From the NCBI GenBank assembly GCA_963771175.1, contig CAVYSY010000021.1:224001-288000 (forward strand): a DNA stretch of 64,000 bases, given 5' to 3'. This DNA comes from an uncultured delta proteobacterium (GTDB lineage Bacteria > Myxococcota > Myxococcia > Myxococcales > Myxococcaceae). Positions 33,535 through 45,889 of this stretch are shown piece after piece. A program made the position numbers and the translations under genes. Within the stretch, counting starts at the first letter, position 1, and each line of letters starts with the position of its first letter. The notes below the pieces were generated by a model, which was not told the DNA's origin, made no database searches, and was given only the letters and a program-made list of their open reading frames with translations.

Positions 33535-34779
33535 TCACACTGTCTCCGACAAGGAGTCCTCCTGGGCCTTGTCGCCAGGGCTGGACCGTTCCATTCGCCG
33601 GGAGGGCCGCGAGAGGCAGACGCGGAACGTCGTTCCCTCCTCGGCGGTGGAGTGCACGGTGAGGGAGCCCCCGTGCGCCCGCACGATGTCGTGGGCGATG
33701 TAGAGCCCGAGCCCCAGGCTCGTGCGGACCGTCTCGTCCGTCTGCTCGCCCCGGCGGAAGGGCTCGAAGAGCAGGGGCAGCAGGCGCTCGGGGATGGGCG
33801 CTCCGTGGTTGTGCACCTCGAGGAGGACGGTCTCCGCGCCCCGCGCGTAGGTGGAGAGCGCACCGGGGTGTGCGCGCGGGCTGTACTTGAGCGCGTTGTC
33901 CAACAGGTTGGCGAGCACCTGCGCCAGCCGCTCCAGGTCCCACTCGCCCGGAGCGCCGTCGCGCGGGAGCTCACACAGGAGCAGCGCGCTCCGGGCGCGC
34001 GGCGTGGAGCTCGTCGGCGACCCGCGCGGCACAGCTCGTTGCAGGTCGCCCGAGGCGGCGGGACACCGGGATTCCACCGCCGATGCGCGCGCGGGTGAAG
34101 TCCAGGAGCAGGTCGACGATCTGCTGGATGCGCTCGCCGCCGCGCGTCACGCGCTCGAAGGCCTTGTGCTGGGGCGGCGCGCAGCTGGCCCGACGCCAGT
34201 TGTGTCTGGGCCGTGGCGAGGATGGCGGACAAGGGCGTGCGGATGTCGTGGCCCACGATGCCCACGAGCTGCTGCTCCAGCTCGGCCGCGCGCCGGAGCT
34301 CCTCCTGGGCGCGGCGCTGCGCGGCGAGCTCCAGCGCCTGTCGCTTGAGCTGCTCGCCGCGCAGGTAGAGGTCCACGAAGACCTGCACCTTCGAGCGCAG
34401 GATGTCCGGGTCCACGGGCTTGAGCAGGAAGTCCACCGCGCCTTGCTCGTAGCCGCGGGTGATGTAGGCCGCCTCGCGGCTGAGCGCGGTGATGAAGAGG
34501 AGGGGAATGTGCCGGGTGCGCTCGCGCGAGCGGATGAGCGCGGCCGTCTCCAGGCCGGTCGAGCCCCGGCATCTGCACGTCCATGAGGATGCAGGCGAAG
34601 TCCCCCTGGAGGAGTGCCAGCAGCGCCTCGTCCCCCGAGTGCGCGAGCACCAGCTCCTGCTCCAGCGGCTCCAGGATGGCCCGCAGGGCGACCAGGTTGG
34701 CGTGGATGTCGTCCACGACCAGGATGCGGGCACGCACAGGCTTGTCGCTCGAGGCCTCCACGGACGAAGACGAACCCAA
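33535..34779 (-). CDS. Hybrid receiver-histidine kinase, multiple frameshifts
   Basis: ILVVDD, LMDVQMP, GIVGHDIRTPL, NLLDNALKY, GLGLYI. Confidence 0.85.
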
Positions 34780-34966
34780 TCGTGAAATCTTGCTCGGACA
34801 CCGAGAACCCCTGTCCTACGTGAAAGAGGCACAGCAGGCAGGCATGGGCACGAGCCCTCCAGAGCTAGCCACTCGTCTACCGTGCGTCGCCATTTGCAAC
34901 ATCGCTACTGGCTCGGTTCATCCGAGCGCTGTCCGCTCGCCCCTTCCAGGTGCACAGGAGGGGTGG

Positions 34967-36205
34967 CTAGGCGGCGCTGCGTGTGGCGAGGGTCCCTTCG
35001 AGCCAGGAGACGGCGGTGCGCAGCGGGTCCCGGCTCCGGATGCTCTCCCCGGCGGCGCGAGCCCGTTCCCGCATGGGCTCGTCGCTGGCGAGCGCGCGGA
35101 GGCCCGCGGTGAGCCGGTCCACCGTCAACGCATGCTTGGGGAACGGTTTCGAGCCGAGGCCGCGCTGGTGGACGTGGTGGGCGAACACGAACTGGTCGAA
35201 CGCGTGTGGCACCAGCAGTTGGGGGATGCCGGCCCGTGCTGATGCCGCCGTGGTTCCCGCCCCTCCGTGGTGCACCGAACCCGCGAGGCGCGGAAGCAGC
35301 AGCCCGTGCGACACAGGGCCCACCACATGCACGGATGAATCGAGGTCCTCTCCCCCGAGACCCGACCAGCCCGAGGACAGGAGGATTCGGACACCGGCTC
35401 TCCGCGCGGCTTCGCACACCACCCGGGTGGTCCGTCCGGGGTCATCGTCAGGCATGCTCCCGAAGCCCACGTAGATGGGCGGGGGCCCGGCGCGCAGGAA
35501 CGCGTCGATCTCCGGTGGGAGCGGCCGGTCGTCGCGCAGCACGAAGGAGCCGACCTGGGGGACGTTGGCGAGGTCGGGCGACACGCGGATGAGCTCGGGG
35601 TCACAGGCGAGGAGGGCCTGCTCGCGGGGGAAGATGGAGTTGAAGATGTCCTCATCGCGCGGGAGGCCGCGCCGCACCCGGTGCGCGTTGTAGGGCTTGT
35701 CGAACAAGCGATTGTAGAACCACCGGGTGGTTCGCCAGATCGCCCGGTTGAGCCAGGGGGGCGACCGGGTGATTGGCACCATCATGGGGGGATGAGCCGA
35801 GGAGGGGAGGATCTGCGGTGTGTAACCGATATAGCGATACGGCACCCGCGCCGTGTCCGCGAGCAGGTGCGCCGCCATCGTCGCGCCTCCGCCCACGACC
35901 AGGTCCACGCCCTGGAGTCGCGGCTCGATGTCGGCCATCTGCTGCTCGAATTCGTGGGCGAGGATCGCGTTGAGCGTCCTGATGAAGCCGAGCGGGGTGC
36001 GAGTCTTCTCGCGGGTCTCGGCGAGCAACGCCTGCACGTCAACGCCGCATGGCCCGAAGGGGATGCCGAACGCAGCGGCCTCTCCCTGGAAGACGGGCGA
36101 GCCGAGCAGCGTCACCGAGTGGCCGGCCTGCCGCATCGCAACCGCGAGCGCGAGCATGGGCTGGAAGTCGCCGCGCGTGCCGGCCCCGATCAAGAGTGCA
36201 TGCAT
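34967..36205 (-). CDS. GT1 glycosyltransferase (GtfB/sterol glucosyltransferase-like)
   Basis: GTRGDFQP, YVGFGSM, HHGGAGTT, PHAFDQ. Confidence 0.9.
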   Translation of the reverse strand: MHALLIGAGTRGDFQPMLALAVAMRQAGHSVTLLGSPVFQGEAAAFGIPFGPCGVDVQALLAETREKTRTPLGFIRTLNAILAHEFEQQMADIEPRLQGVDLVVGGGATMAAHLLADTARVPYRYIGYTPQILPSSAHPPMMVPITRSPPWLNRAIWRTTRWFYNRLFDKPYNAHRVRRGLPRDEDIFNSIFPREQALLACDPELIRVSPDLANVPQVGSFVLRDDRPLPPEIDAFLRAGPPPIYVGFGSMPDDDPGRTTRVVCEAARRAGVRILLSSGWSGLGGEDLDSSVHVVGPVSHGLLLPRLAGSVHHGGAGTTAASARAGIPQLLVPHAFDQFVFAHHVHQRGLGSKPFPKHALTVDRLTAGLRALASDEPMRERARAAGESIRSRDPLRTAVSWLEGTLATRSAA

Positions 36206-36225
36206 GGGCGAAGGATAGATCGACT

Positions 36226-38815
36226 TCAGCTCAGCACCTTCATCGTGCCTCGCGTGACGCCGAACTGCTCGTGCACGGCCGTGCGCCGCACCGCCTCGGC
36301 CGGGGAGATTCTTCCGGCGAGCAGCTCCTGGTAGGCGGCCAGCACCCGGGCGGCTTCCTCGCGCGACTCACGGACGAACTCCACCCGGTAGCGGCGCACG
36401 CCCCGCTCCAGCAGCTTCGGCACCAGCGAGGCCGCGCTCTGCGCCTGCGCGTTGAACACCGTGTTGCGGCACCCCACGTCCACGATGACCGGGTGCTCCA
36501 GCCCGATGCGGTCCCTCAGCGAGATTTGATGCTGCTCGCACGGGCGGCCGCAGCTCTTGAAGTCGCGCCCGTTGGAGAGCGTGTGCGAGTACACGCAGTG
36601 CTCCGTGTGGAACGTGGCGATGTGGTGGTGCAGTGCCACCGCGAAGCGGTGCGCCGGCGCGTGGTCGAGCAGCGAGAAGAGCTGCGTCTCGTCCAGGTCG
36701 TGCGAGAAGGTGAGCGTGTCCAGCCCCAGGCTCAGCAGGTGCGCCGCCGTCAGCGAGTTGGTGACGTTGAGCGAGAAGTCCCCGTGCAGCACCGGGCGTG
36801 GCTGGCCCTCGGGTCGCTCCAGGAAGTGCACCATCGCGCCCCAGTGCCGCACCAGCACCGCGTCCGGGCGCAGCTTGTCGATGCGCGCGTCGTAGCCCTC
36901 CTCGCCCGGCTTCTGCACGCGCACGGTGGCGATCGTCACGCGCAGCCCCGCCGCCCGCGCCCGCTCCACCGCGCGCTGCAGGCCCACCATCTCCATCCAG
37001 TCCAGCTCCACCTCGCGCAGGCCGGCGGCGATGACGGCCTCCAACTGCTCGTCGTTCCGGCACAGCGGCAGCAGGCGCGCTCCGTCCTCGGCCGGCACCT
37101 CGGGCACTCGCGCGAGCAGCGAGGCCCGCACCTGCTCCTTCACCGATGTCTGCGTCACCGTGCGCGCGTGGCCCCGCTCCACCGCGGCGGTGAGCTCGGC
37201 CACGAGGTCGCGGCGCAGGGCCTTGAGCTCGGAGACGGGCAGGTGCTGGCCCGGCGCCAACTCCGCGCAGTCCAGGTGCGCCAGCGTGAAGGGCGTGCCT
37301 CCGAAGGCGCCCAGCTTGTCCCGCAGCAGCGCCTCGTCCAGGCCCGCGCCCCGTGCCGGAGCCAGCGGCGTCTGGCTGGATGCCGAGCGCTCGTGCCCCC
37401 ACGCGCTGGCATGCAGGTGCAGGGGCGCCCCCCGGCACTCCGGAGACCTTCAGCGTGAGCGGGATGCGACCCTCGGGCTCTCCCTGGGAGACGAGACTCT
37501 CGGTGCGGCGGGCCAGGGACGGGTCGCTGTTGAGCCACACGCGCTGGCCGGGCGCTACCCGCCCCAGGTCCGGGCCCGGGTGGCCGAAGCCCAGCACCCA
37601 GCCGTTGCCCCGCCGGTCCACGCGGAAGATGGGGCCTCCGGGCTCGTGCTTGTCCTCGGGCGTGCCCGCGTCGAAGACGACGCCCATGCCCGGGCGCGGG
37701 TCCACGGCAGCCGGCTCGGTCTCTCCCGAGAGAGGCGAGGACACCTGTCCGTTGGGGGCCTCGGGGCGCTCCTCGCCCAGGCCGAGTCCACCCGTCCACG
37801 GGCGCTCATCGGGGGTGACGAGCACCTCCTTGCCGGACACGGAGCGGACGCGGCCGAGGTACAGACCCCGGTGCTTGGGGAAGCGGCCCTCGACGAGCGT
37901 CTGGTGGTCCGAGCCCGCGAGGAAGCCGTTGGAGAAGCCGCGGCTGTACGTGAGGGACATGTCGGCCAGATCGCTCGCCAGCCGCCGCTCATCCGGCTTG
38001 CCGGCGACGACGCCGTCCACCCAGCGCCGGTACCCCTGCACGGTCGTAGTCACGTACTGCGGGCCCTTCAGGCGGCCTTCAATCTTCAGGCTGTGGACGC
38101 CGATGTCCACGAGCTCGGGGATGGCGCGCACGCCCGCGAGGTCCTTGGGGCTGAGCAGGTACCGCACCTCGCCCAGGTCGCGCGTCTGGCCATCCACCAC
38201 CAGGTCATACGGCAGGCGGCATGACTGGGCGCACTGGCCCCGGTTGGCCGAGCGTCCACCCCAGGCCTCGCTCGTGAGGCACTGGCCGCTCCACGACATG
38301 CAGAGGGCGCCGTGGATGAAGACCTCCAGCTCCATGTCCGTCTGCCCGGCCAGCCGACGGATTTCGGTGACGGAGAGCTCGCGCGGCACGACGACGCGGG
38401 TGACGCCCAGGCCCCGGGCGAAGCGGATGCCCTCGGCGCTGGAGATGGTCATCTGCGTGGAGGCGTGCAGCTCCAGCTGGGGGCAAAGGGCGCGGGCCAG
38501 CAGGGCGATGGCCGGGTCCTGGATGATGAGGGCGTCCACACCCGACTCGGCCACCCGGCGCAGGATGCGCTCCACCACGGGCAGCTCGGGCTCGAAGACG
38601 AGCGTGTTGAGCGTCACGTAGGCACGAGCCCCGGCCCGGTGGACGAGCGCCATCGTCTCGGGGAGGCGCTCCAGGGAGAAGTTGTCCGCGCGGGCCCGGG
38701 CGTTGAAGCCCTCGTCGAGCCCGAAATAGACGGCGTCCGCTCCGCTTGCGAGCGCGGCCTGGAGGGATTCGAGGTCTCCCGCGGGAGCGAGGATTTCAGG
38801 ACGTCGGGAAGGCAT
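36226..38815 (-). CDS. Peptidase U32 family protein with DUF3656 (RlhA-like), frameshifted about 37370-37440
   Basis: PEILAPAG, HASTQM, FIHGALCMSWSGQC, ANRGQCAQSCR, LKIEGRLK, DVGCRNTVFN. Confidence 0.85.
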
Positions 38816-38969
38816 GCCGTCTCCCATAACACGCCCCCGCCGCCCCGGAGTTCCCCGCTGGCGGAGCCCCACGGGTGCCCGGTTGTCCAAGTGGGTTCCT
38901 CCCTCGCGGCGGGTCTGGTAGGCACCCGCGTGCACGCCTCGGCCGGGGGTGCGCAAAGAGGAGGGGGAC

Positions 38970-40727
38970 ATGTTCTTGCCGAAGCAACTCGGGGTCCTGG
39001 GGTTCGTCCTGGGCGCCGCACTCGCGGTGAGCTGTGGGTCCGGCGACGAGCCGGAGATCGACTTCATCCTGCCGAGCGAGGGGATGGTCACCCGAGGCGA
39101 GCTGGGCATTGCCCTGCGCGTGCAGGGCATCGCGCCAGAGCGGGTGTCGCTCTTCGTGGATGAGGCCTGGCTGGCGAACCTCGAGGAGGCCAGCTACCGC
39201 TGGGACACGCGGAGCTGGCCCGAGGGCGAGCACACGCTGATCGCCCGTGCCTTCGCCGCGGACGAGGTCTACTCGAGCAAGGGGCTCAAGGTGGTGGTGG
39301 ACCGGACGCCGCCCCAGATCGTCTCGATGCAGCCCGCGCCGGGGACGAGCGACGTCGCGGTGGATGCGCCCATCTCGCTCGTCTTCTCGGAGCCTCTCGC
39401 GGCCTCCGTGCTCGCCACCGCCTCGCTCCTGGTGAGCGTGAGCGGGGAGGGGACGGAGACCCTCGAGCCCTCCAGCCTGTCCCCGGATGGGAGGACGCTC
39501 TTCTTCCCGAGACCCTCCCGCCCCTACCTGCCGCCCGTCACCATCTCCGCCCTGCTCGTGGGCAGCGTGGAGGATGCGGTGGGCAACGTCCTGGTGCCGG
39601 CGCGTGACTCGGGCTGGTCCTGGCAGGTGCCGGTACTGCTGTCGGTGGGAGATGCCATGGCGGACCTCGACACCTCATCTCGTCCGTTCGGCGCCAGGGT
39701 CGCCTTGCGGCCCGACGGCGAGGGCCGGCCGGTGGTCGCCTGGAGCCCGTCGCCTGGCTACGTGTTTACACGCCGATGGGATGGCACGAAGTGGGTCTCG
39801 CTTCCCTCGGGTCTCGAGGTCTCCGTCAATGGCGCCTTCACCGCCAACGACATCGTGCTGGATGCCCAGGGCCGTCCCTCGGTCGCCTGGGGCGCGACGT
39901 TGGCCCAGGGGGGCCGGTCCGCGACCTACGTGTATCGCCTGGAAGAAGCGCAGTGGAAGTTCCTGGGCGGTGTCGGTACCAATCCCGAGGGCGAGTTCCC
40001 CATCATCAAGCACGTGGCGCTGCGCGTCGCCCCTTCGGGGCTGCCCCGAGTCGCCTGGCTGGCGGAGTCGAAGACGACGCCGGGGCGCGCGGAGGTGATG
40101 GTGGTCCAGTCGCGCGGCGAGCCGGGATGGGACTTCAGCGCGCGCTCGACCAATGCCTTGCTGGAGCGGAGCCTGGCGTTGGAGGTCACTGCCTCGGGAG
40201 ACCCCGTGGTGGCATGGAGCGAGCGCACCGAGTCGTCCGGGTTTCGCATCGCGGTCCACCGGGTGGTGGCCACCGGGTGGGAGAGCCTGCCCGGGACGCC
40301 GTTGAGCACCGGCTCCGTCCATAATCCCTCCCTGGCGCTGGAGTCGGACGGGACTCCGTTGCTGGCCTGGAGTCGCGATGGAGCCATCGAGGTGCGTCGC
40401 TGGGCTGGTGGTGAGTGGCAGCCGGTGGGCCAGCCCATCCCGACTCCCATGGGCAAGGCCAACCTGGTCGTTTCGGCTCTGGTGCTGCGGGCCTCTGGGC
40501 AGCCCCTGCTCGCCTGGAGCTATCCTGGCTGGGCGGAGGTATGGGGGTGGAAGGAAGGCGCCTGGGTCCAGCTGGCGATGCTCCGCCAGCCCACCTTTGA
40601 GGATGCGTCGCCCTGGCCCGTCTTCCTGCGGGTGGAGGGCACGGGCTCTCCGGTGATGGCCTGGATGCGGCGGGACAGCTCCTACCTGGGACGCGGCTCC
40701 CTGGACGTGTACCGCCTCAACCTCTGA
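38970..40727 (+). CDS. Ig-like domain lipoprotein with beta-propeller-like C-terminal repeats
   Basis: Lipobox LAVSC, VDRTPP, FSEPL (Big-like), repeated PxVAW motifs. Confidence 0.75.
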   Translation: MFLPKQLGVLGFVLGAALAVSCGSGDEPEIDFILPSEGMVTRGELGIALRVQGIAPERVSLFVDEAWLANLEEASYRWDTRSWPEGEHTLIARAFAADEVYSSKGLKVVVDRTPPQIVSMQPAPGTSDVAVDAPISLVFSEPLAASVLATASLLVSVSGEGTETLEPSSLSPDGRTLFFPRPSRPYLPPVTISALLVGSVEDAVGNVLVPARDSGWSWQVPVLLSVGDAMADLDTSSRPFGARVALRPDGEGRPVVAWSPSPGYVFTRRWDGTKWVSLPSGLEVSVNGAFTANDIVLDAQGRPSVAWGATLAQGGRSATYVYRLEEAQWKFLGGVGTNPEGEFPIIKHVALRVAPSGLPRVAWLAESKTTPGRAEVMVVQSRGEPGWDFSARSTNALLERSLALEVTASGDPVVAWSERTESSGFRIAVHRVVATGWESLPGTPLSTGSVHNPSLALESDGTPLLAWSRDGAIEVRRWAGGEWQPVGQPIPTPMGKANLVVSALVLRASGQPLLAWSYPGWAEVWGWKEGAWVQLAMLRQPTFEDASPWPVFLRVEGTGSPVMAWMRRDSSYLGRGSLDVYRLNL

Positions 40728-40936
40728 GTGGCTCTCCGCGCAGGCCCCTTCCTCCCTCGCCCCGGTCGGCCCTCCTGGGGCCGATTAGGAACAGGACGCC
40801 ATCGGGGGCAAAATCTTTATTTCCCGGATTGCTGGGTCTTCCCTTGCTCTCCAAGAAAATGCATCCTGCCCCGCGCGGTCCGCCCCGCGGAGGGGAAGGG
40901 CCGCTGATTGACCCCAACCCCCCCCTAGGAGTGCTC

Positions 40937-42547
<1,611 letters not shown>

Positions 42548-42572
42548 TTCGCTGCTGACGTGAGAGGTACTT

Positions 42573-42625
42573 CGGGCCGTTGGCCTGGGGGGTCAGCCCC
42601 TCCGAGCCAGCGGCCCGTTGCTTTT
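42573..42625 (+). terminator. Hairpin downstream of the amidase gene
   Basis: CGGGCCGTTGGC...GCCAGCGGCCCG followed by TTGCTTTT. Confidence 0.6.
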
Positions 42626-42816
42626 CCGGGCAGGTGTCCGAAATGGGGACAGAGGTGTTCGTTTCCGGGACAGGTGGGTTGGACGCGACAACCTGTTGGA
42701 CTGTCAACGAAATACGGCGATTTTGTCATGACGCTTTACATTCCAGGAATGGGAGGTGGAGCGTTGACGCACCGGGTCGGAGGATGGGTCTTCCATCAAT
42801 TCAAGGGGTTGAGCTC

Positions 42817-42832
42817 TGGCACGGAGCCTGCT
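42817..42832 (+). promoter_or_regulatory. Sigma54 -24/-12 promoter
   Basis: TGGCACGGAGCCTGCT; GG at 42818-42819 and GC at 42830-42831 with canonical spacing. Confidence 0.7.
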
Positions 42833-42842
42833 TTAGAGGACA

Positions 42843-42917
42843 GCGGCCGTCTCCTCACGGCCAGACGAGAGCGGCGGACGGCCCTTTGCCAGAGGGGTCG
42901 CCCGCCGCTGTTTTTTT
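42843..42917 (+). ncRNA. Candidate small RNA (~75 nt): anti-SD loop hairpin plus intrinsic terminator
   Basis: Predicted +1 near 42843; stem GGCCGT-CTCCTC-ACGGCC; long GC stem 42870-42909 followed by T7 (42911-42917). Confidence 0.55.
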
Positions 42918-42934
42918 CCTCGTCCGCTGGTGCT

Positions 42935-45889
42935 TCAGGCCGGGTGCGGCGTCTGCCCCCCGCCCTCCGGCGGCTTCCCGTGCTCGCGGCGCTTGAGCAG
43001 CTTCGTTCGCGCCAGCTCCACCAGCGTGTACAGCACGGGGATGAAGATGAGGTTGACGAAGGTGGACAGGAGCATGCCGCCGAACACCGCCGTGCCCAGT
43101 GACTTGCGCGAGGCGGCGCCCGCTCCCGAGGCCAGCACCAGCGGCACCACGCCCAGGAGGAAGGCGAAGGACGTCATCAGGATGGGCCGCAGCCGCGTGT
43201 CCGCCGCCAGGATGGCCGAGTCCACCACGCTCTTGCCCTGGCGACGGAGCTGCTCGGCGAACTCGACGATGAGCACCGCGTTCTTGCTGGCCAGGCCCAC
43301 CAGCATCAGCAGCCCCACCTGGCAGAAGACGTCGTTGGCCAGTCCGCGCAGCAGTTGGAAGCCGAGCGCGCCGAGCATGGCCACCGGCACCGCCAGCATG
43401 ATGACGAAGGGCAGGGCGAAGCTCTCGTACTGCCCCGACAGCACCAGGAAGACGAAGACGCCGCCCAGCAGGAAGATGAGCAGCACCATGCCGCCGGCCT
43501 GCGTCTGCTCGAGCGACAGGCCCGTCCATTCGAAGGTGAAGCCGGCGGGCAGACCCTGGCGGGCCACGGACTCCATGACCTGGAGCGCCTGTCCCGTGCT
43601 GACGCCGGGAGCGCCCTGGCCGTTGATGGTGGCCGAGCGGAACAGGTTGTAGTGCTGGATGTTCTGCGCGGTGGTGATGGGCTCCACCTTCACCAGGCTC
43701 TCCAGCGGCACCATGTCGCCCTGGGCCGAGCGCACGTAGAAGGCGGAGATGTCCCGGGGCTCGTTGCGGAAGGGCGTGGCCGCCTGCACGTAGACGCGGT
43801 AGACGCGGTTGGCGAAGGTGAAGTCGTTGACGTACTGGCTGCCCATGTAGACCTGGAGCGTGGAGTAGAGCGCGTCGAGCGGCACCCCGAGCGCCTTGGC
43901 CTTCTCGCGGTCCACCGACACGTTGAGCAGTGGGGTGCTCGCCGTATAGGAGGAGAAGACGCCGCGCAGTTCCGGTAACTGGTTGGCCTGGGCCGAGAGC
44001 TGCTGCGTGGCCGCCGCCAGCTCGTCCAGCGTGTGGGTGCCCTGCTGGTCCTCCAGCACGAACTCGAAGCCGCCGACGCTGCCCACGCCGCGGATGGTGG
44101 GCGGCTGGAAGGGCAGCACCCGCGCTCCGGGGATGGCGGCGAAGGGCCCGCGCAGCCGGTTCACCAGCCCCGCCACGCTCTGCTCCTGCTCCTCGCGCTC
44201 GTCCCAGGGGGCGAGGTTGACGAAGAGGACGCCGTAGTTGGCGCCGGTGCCCAGCAGCGAGAAGCCGCCCACGGTGAAGATGTCCTTCACCTCCTTCTGC
44301 TGGCGCAGCACGTCCTCCGTCCGCAGCAGCACCTGCCGCGTGTAGTCCAGCGACGTGCCCTCGGGGCCCTGGATGGCGACGATGAGGTAGCCCTGGTCCT
44401 CCTCGGGGATGAAGCCGGTGGGGGTGACGGTGTAGAGCAGCGCCGTGAGGCCCAGGCACGCCACGAAGACGCCCAGCACCACCCACCGCATGGCCGGCCG
44501 CAGCAGCCGGTCCAGGAAGCGCGCGTAGCCGGTGCGCAGGCGGTCCATGCCCTGGTCCACCAGGCGGAAGACGCGCCACTTCTGGCCCTCATGGGGCCGC
44601 AGCAGCCGCGCGCACAGGGCGGGCGACAGCGTGAGGGCCACCAGGGCCGACAGGCTGATGGAGAAGGCGATGGTGAGGGCGAACTGCCGGTAGATGGAGC
44701 CCGTGGTGCCCGGGAAGAAGGACACCGGGACGAACACCGCGGAGAGCACCAGCGCCGTGGCCACCACCGCGCCTCCCACCTGCTTCATGCTCCGGTGCGA
44801 CGCCTCGTGCGCCTCCAGGTTGTCGTCCGCCATGAGGCGCTCGACGTTCTCGATGACCACGATGGCGTCGTCCACCACCAGGCCCGTGGCCAGTGTCAGG
44901 CCGAACAGCGTCAGCGTGTTGAGCGAGAAGCCGAACGCGCTCACGAAGCCGAAGGTGCCCACCAGCGACACCGGCAGCGTCGTGGCCACCACGAGGATGC
45001 TGCGCCAGCCGTGCAGGAAGATGAAGACGACGAAGATGACCAGCGCGATGGCTTCCATCAGCGTGCGCAGCACCTCGTCGATGGACTCCTGCACCGCCGC
45101 CGTGGTGTCGAAGGCTCTCTGGTGGACGAGGCCCGGGGGGAAGCTGGCCTTCAGCCGCTCCAGCTCGGCCACCACCCCCTCGCGCACGTCCAGCGCGTTG
45201 GAGCCGGGGAGCTGGAAGATGCCCAGGCCCACCGCGTCGCGGCCGTTGAAGCGCAGGAACTGGTTGTAGTTCTCCGCCCCCAGCTCCACCCGGCCCACGT
45301 CCTTCACCTGCACCAGCGAGCCGTCCTGGCCGCGCTGCACGACGATGTCCCCGAACTGCTCCGGCGTGGACAGCCGGCCGAGCACCTGCACGTTGATTTG
45401 ATACGTCTGCCCCTGGGGCGCCGGAGGCTGGCCCACCTGGCCCGCGGCCACCTGCACGTTCTGCTCGCGCAGCGCGGCCACCACGTCCTGCGCCGTGAGG
45501 CCCCGGCTGGCCAGGGCCGTGGGGTCCAACCACAGCCGCATGGCGAAGCGGCGCTCGCCGAAGATGCGCACGTCGCCCACGCCCTTCACGCGCAGCAGCG
45601 CGTCGCGGATGTAGACGTCCGCGTAGTTGCTGATGAAGCCCGGGTCGTAGCGCCCCTCCTTGTCATACAGGCCGAAGGACATGAGGAGCTGCGACTGCGT
45701 CTTGTTGATGGTGATGCCCTGCGCGTTCACCTCGGCGGGCAGCCGGGCCGAGGCGGTGGCCACCCGGTTCTGCACGTCCACCGCGGCCACGTCCAGGTTC
45801 CTCTCCGGGTCGAACGTGACGATGATGGTGCTGGTGCCGTTGTTGCTGCTGGTGGAGGAGATGTAGCGCATGCCCTCCAGGCCGTTGAT
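42935..45889 (-). CDS. RND efflux permease (HAE1), N-terminus missing at the junction
   Basis: INGLEGMRYISS, GLVVDDAIVVIENVER, KNAVLIVEFA, RLRPILMTS; residues upstream of ING are unrelated. Confidence 0.9.
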   Translation of the reverse strand: MNGLEGMRYISSTSSNNGTSTIIVTFDPERNLDVAAVDVQNRVATASARLPAEVNAQGITINKTQSQLLMSFGLYDKEGRYDPGFISNYADVYIRDALLRVKGVGDVRIFGERRFAMRLWLDPTALASRGLTAQDVVAALREQNVQVAAGQVGQPPAPQGQTYQINVQVLGRLSTPEQFGDIVVQRGQDGSLVQVKDVGRVELGAENYNQFLRFNGRDAVGLGIFQLPGSNALDVREGVVAELERLKASFPPGLVHQRAFDTTAAVQESIDEVLRTLMEAIALVIFVVFIFLHGWRSILVVATTLPVSLVGTFGFVSAFGFSLNTLTLFGLTLATGLVVDDAIVVIENVERLMADDNLEAHEASHRSMKQVGGAVVATALVLSAVFVPVSFFPGTTGSIYRQFALTIAFSISLSALVALTLSPALCARLLRPHEGQKWRVFRLVDQGMDRLRTGYARFLDRLLRPAMRWVVLGVFVACLGLTALLYTVTPTGFIPEEDQGYLIVAIQGPEGTSLDYTRQVLLRTEDVLRQQKEVKDIFTVGGFSLLGTGANYGVLFVNLAPWDEREEQEQSVAGLVNRLRGPFAAIPGARVLPFQPPTIRGVGSVGGFEFVLEDQQGTHTLDELAAATQQLSAQANQLPELRGVFSSYTASTPLLNVSVDREKAKALGVPLDALYSTLQVYMGSQYVNDFTFANRVYRVYVQAATPFRNEPRDISAFYVRSAQGDMVPLESLVKVEPITTAQNIQHYNLFRSATINGQGAPGVSTGQALQVMESVARQGLPAGFTFEWTGLSLEQTQAGGMVLLIFLLGGVFVFLVLSGQYESFALPFVIMLAVPVAMLGALGFQLLRGLANDVFCQVGLLMLVGLASKNAVLIVEFAEQLRRQGKSVVDSAILAADTRLRPILMTSFAFLLGVVPLVLASGAGAASRKSLGTAVFGGMLLSTFVNLIFIPVLYTLVELARTKLLKRREHGKPPEGGGQTPHPA

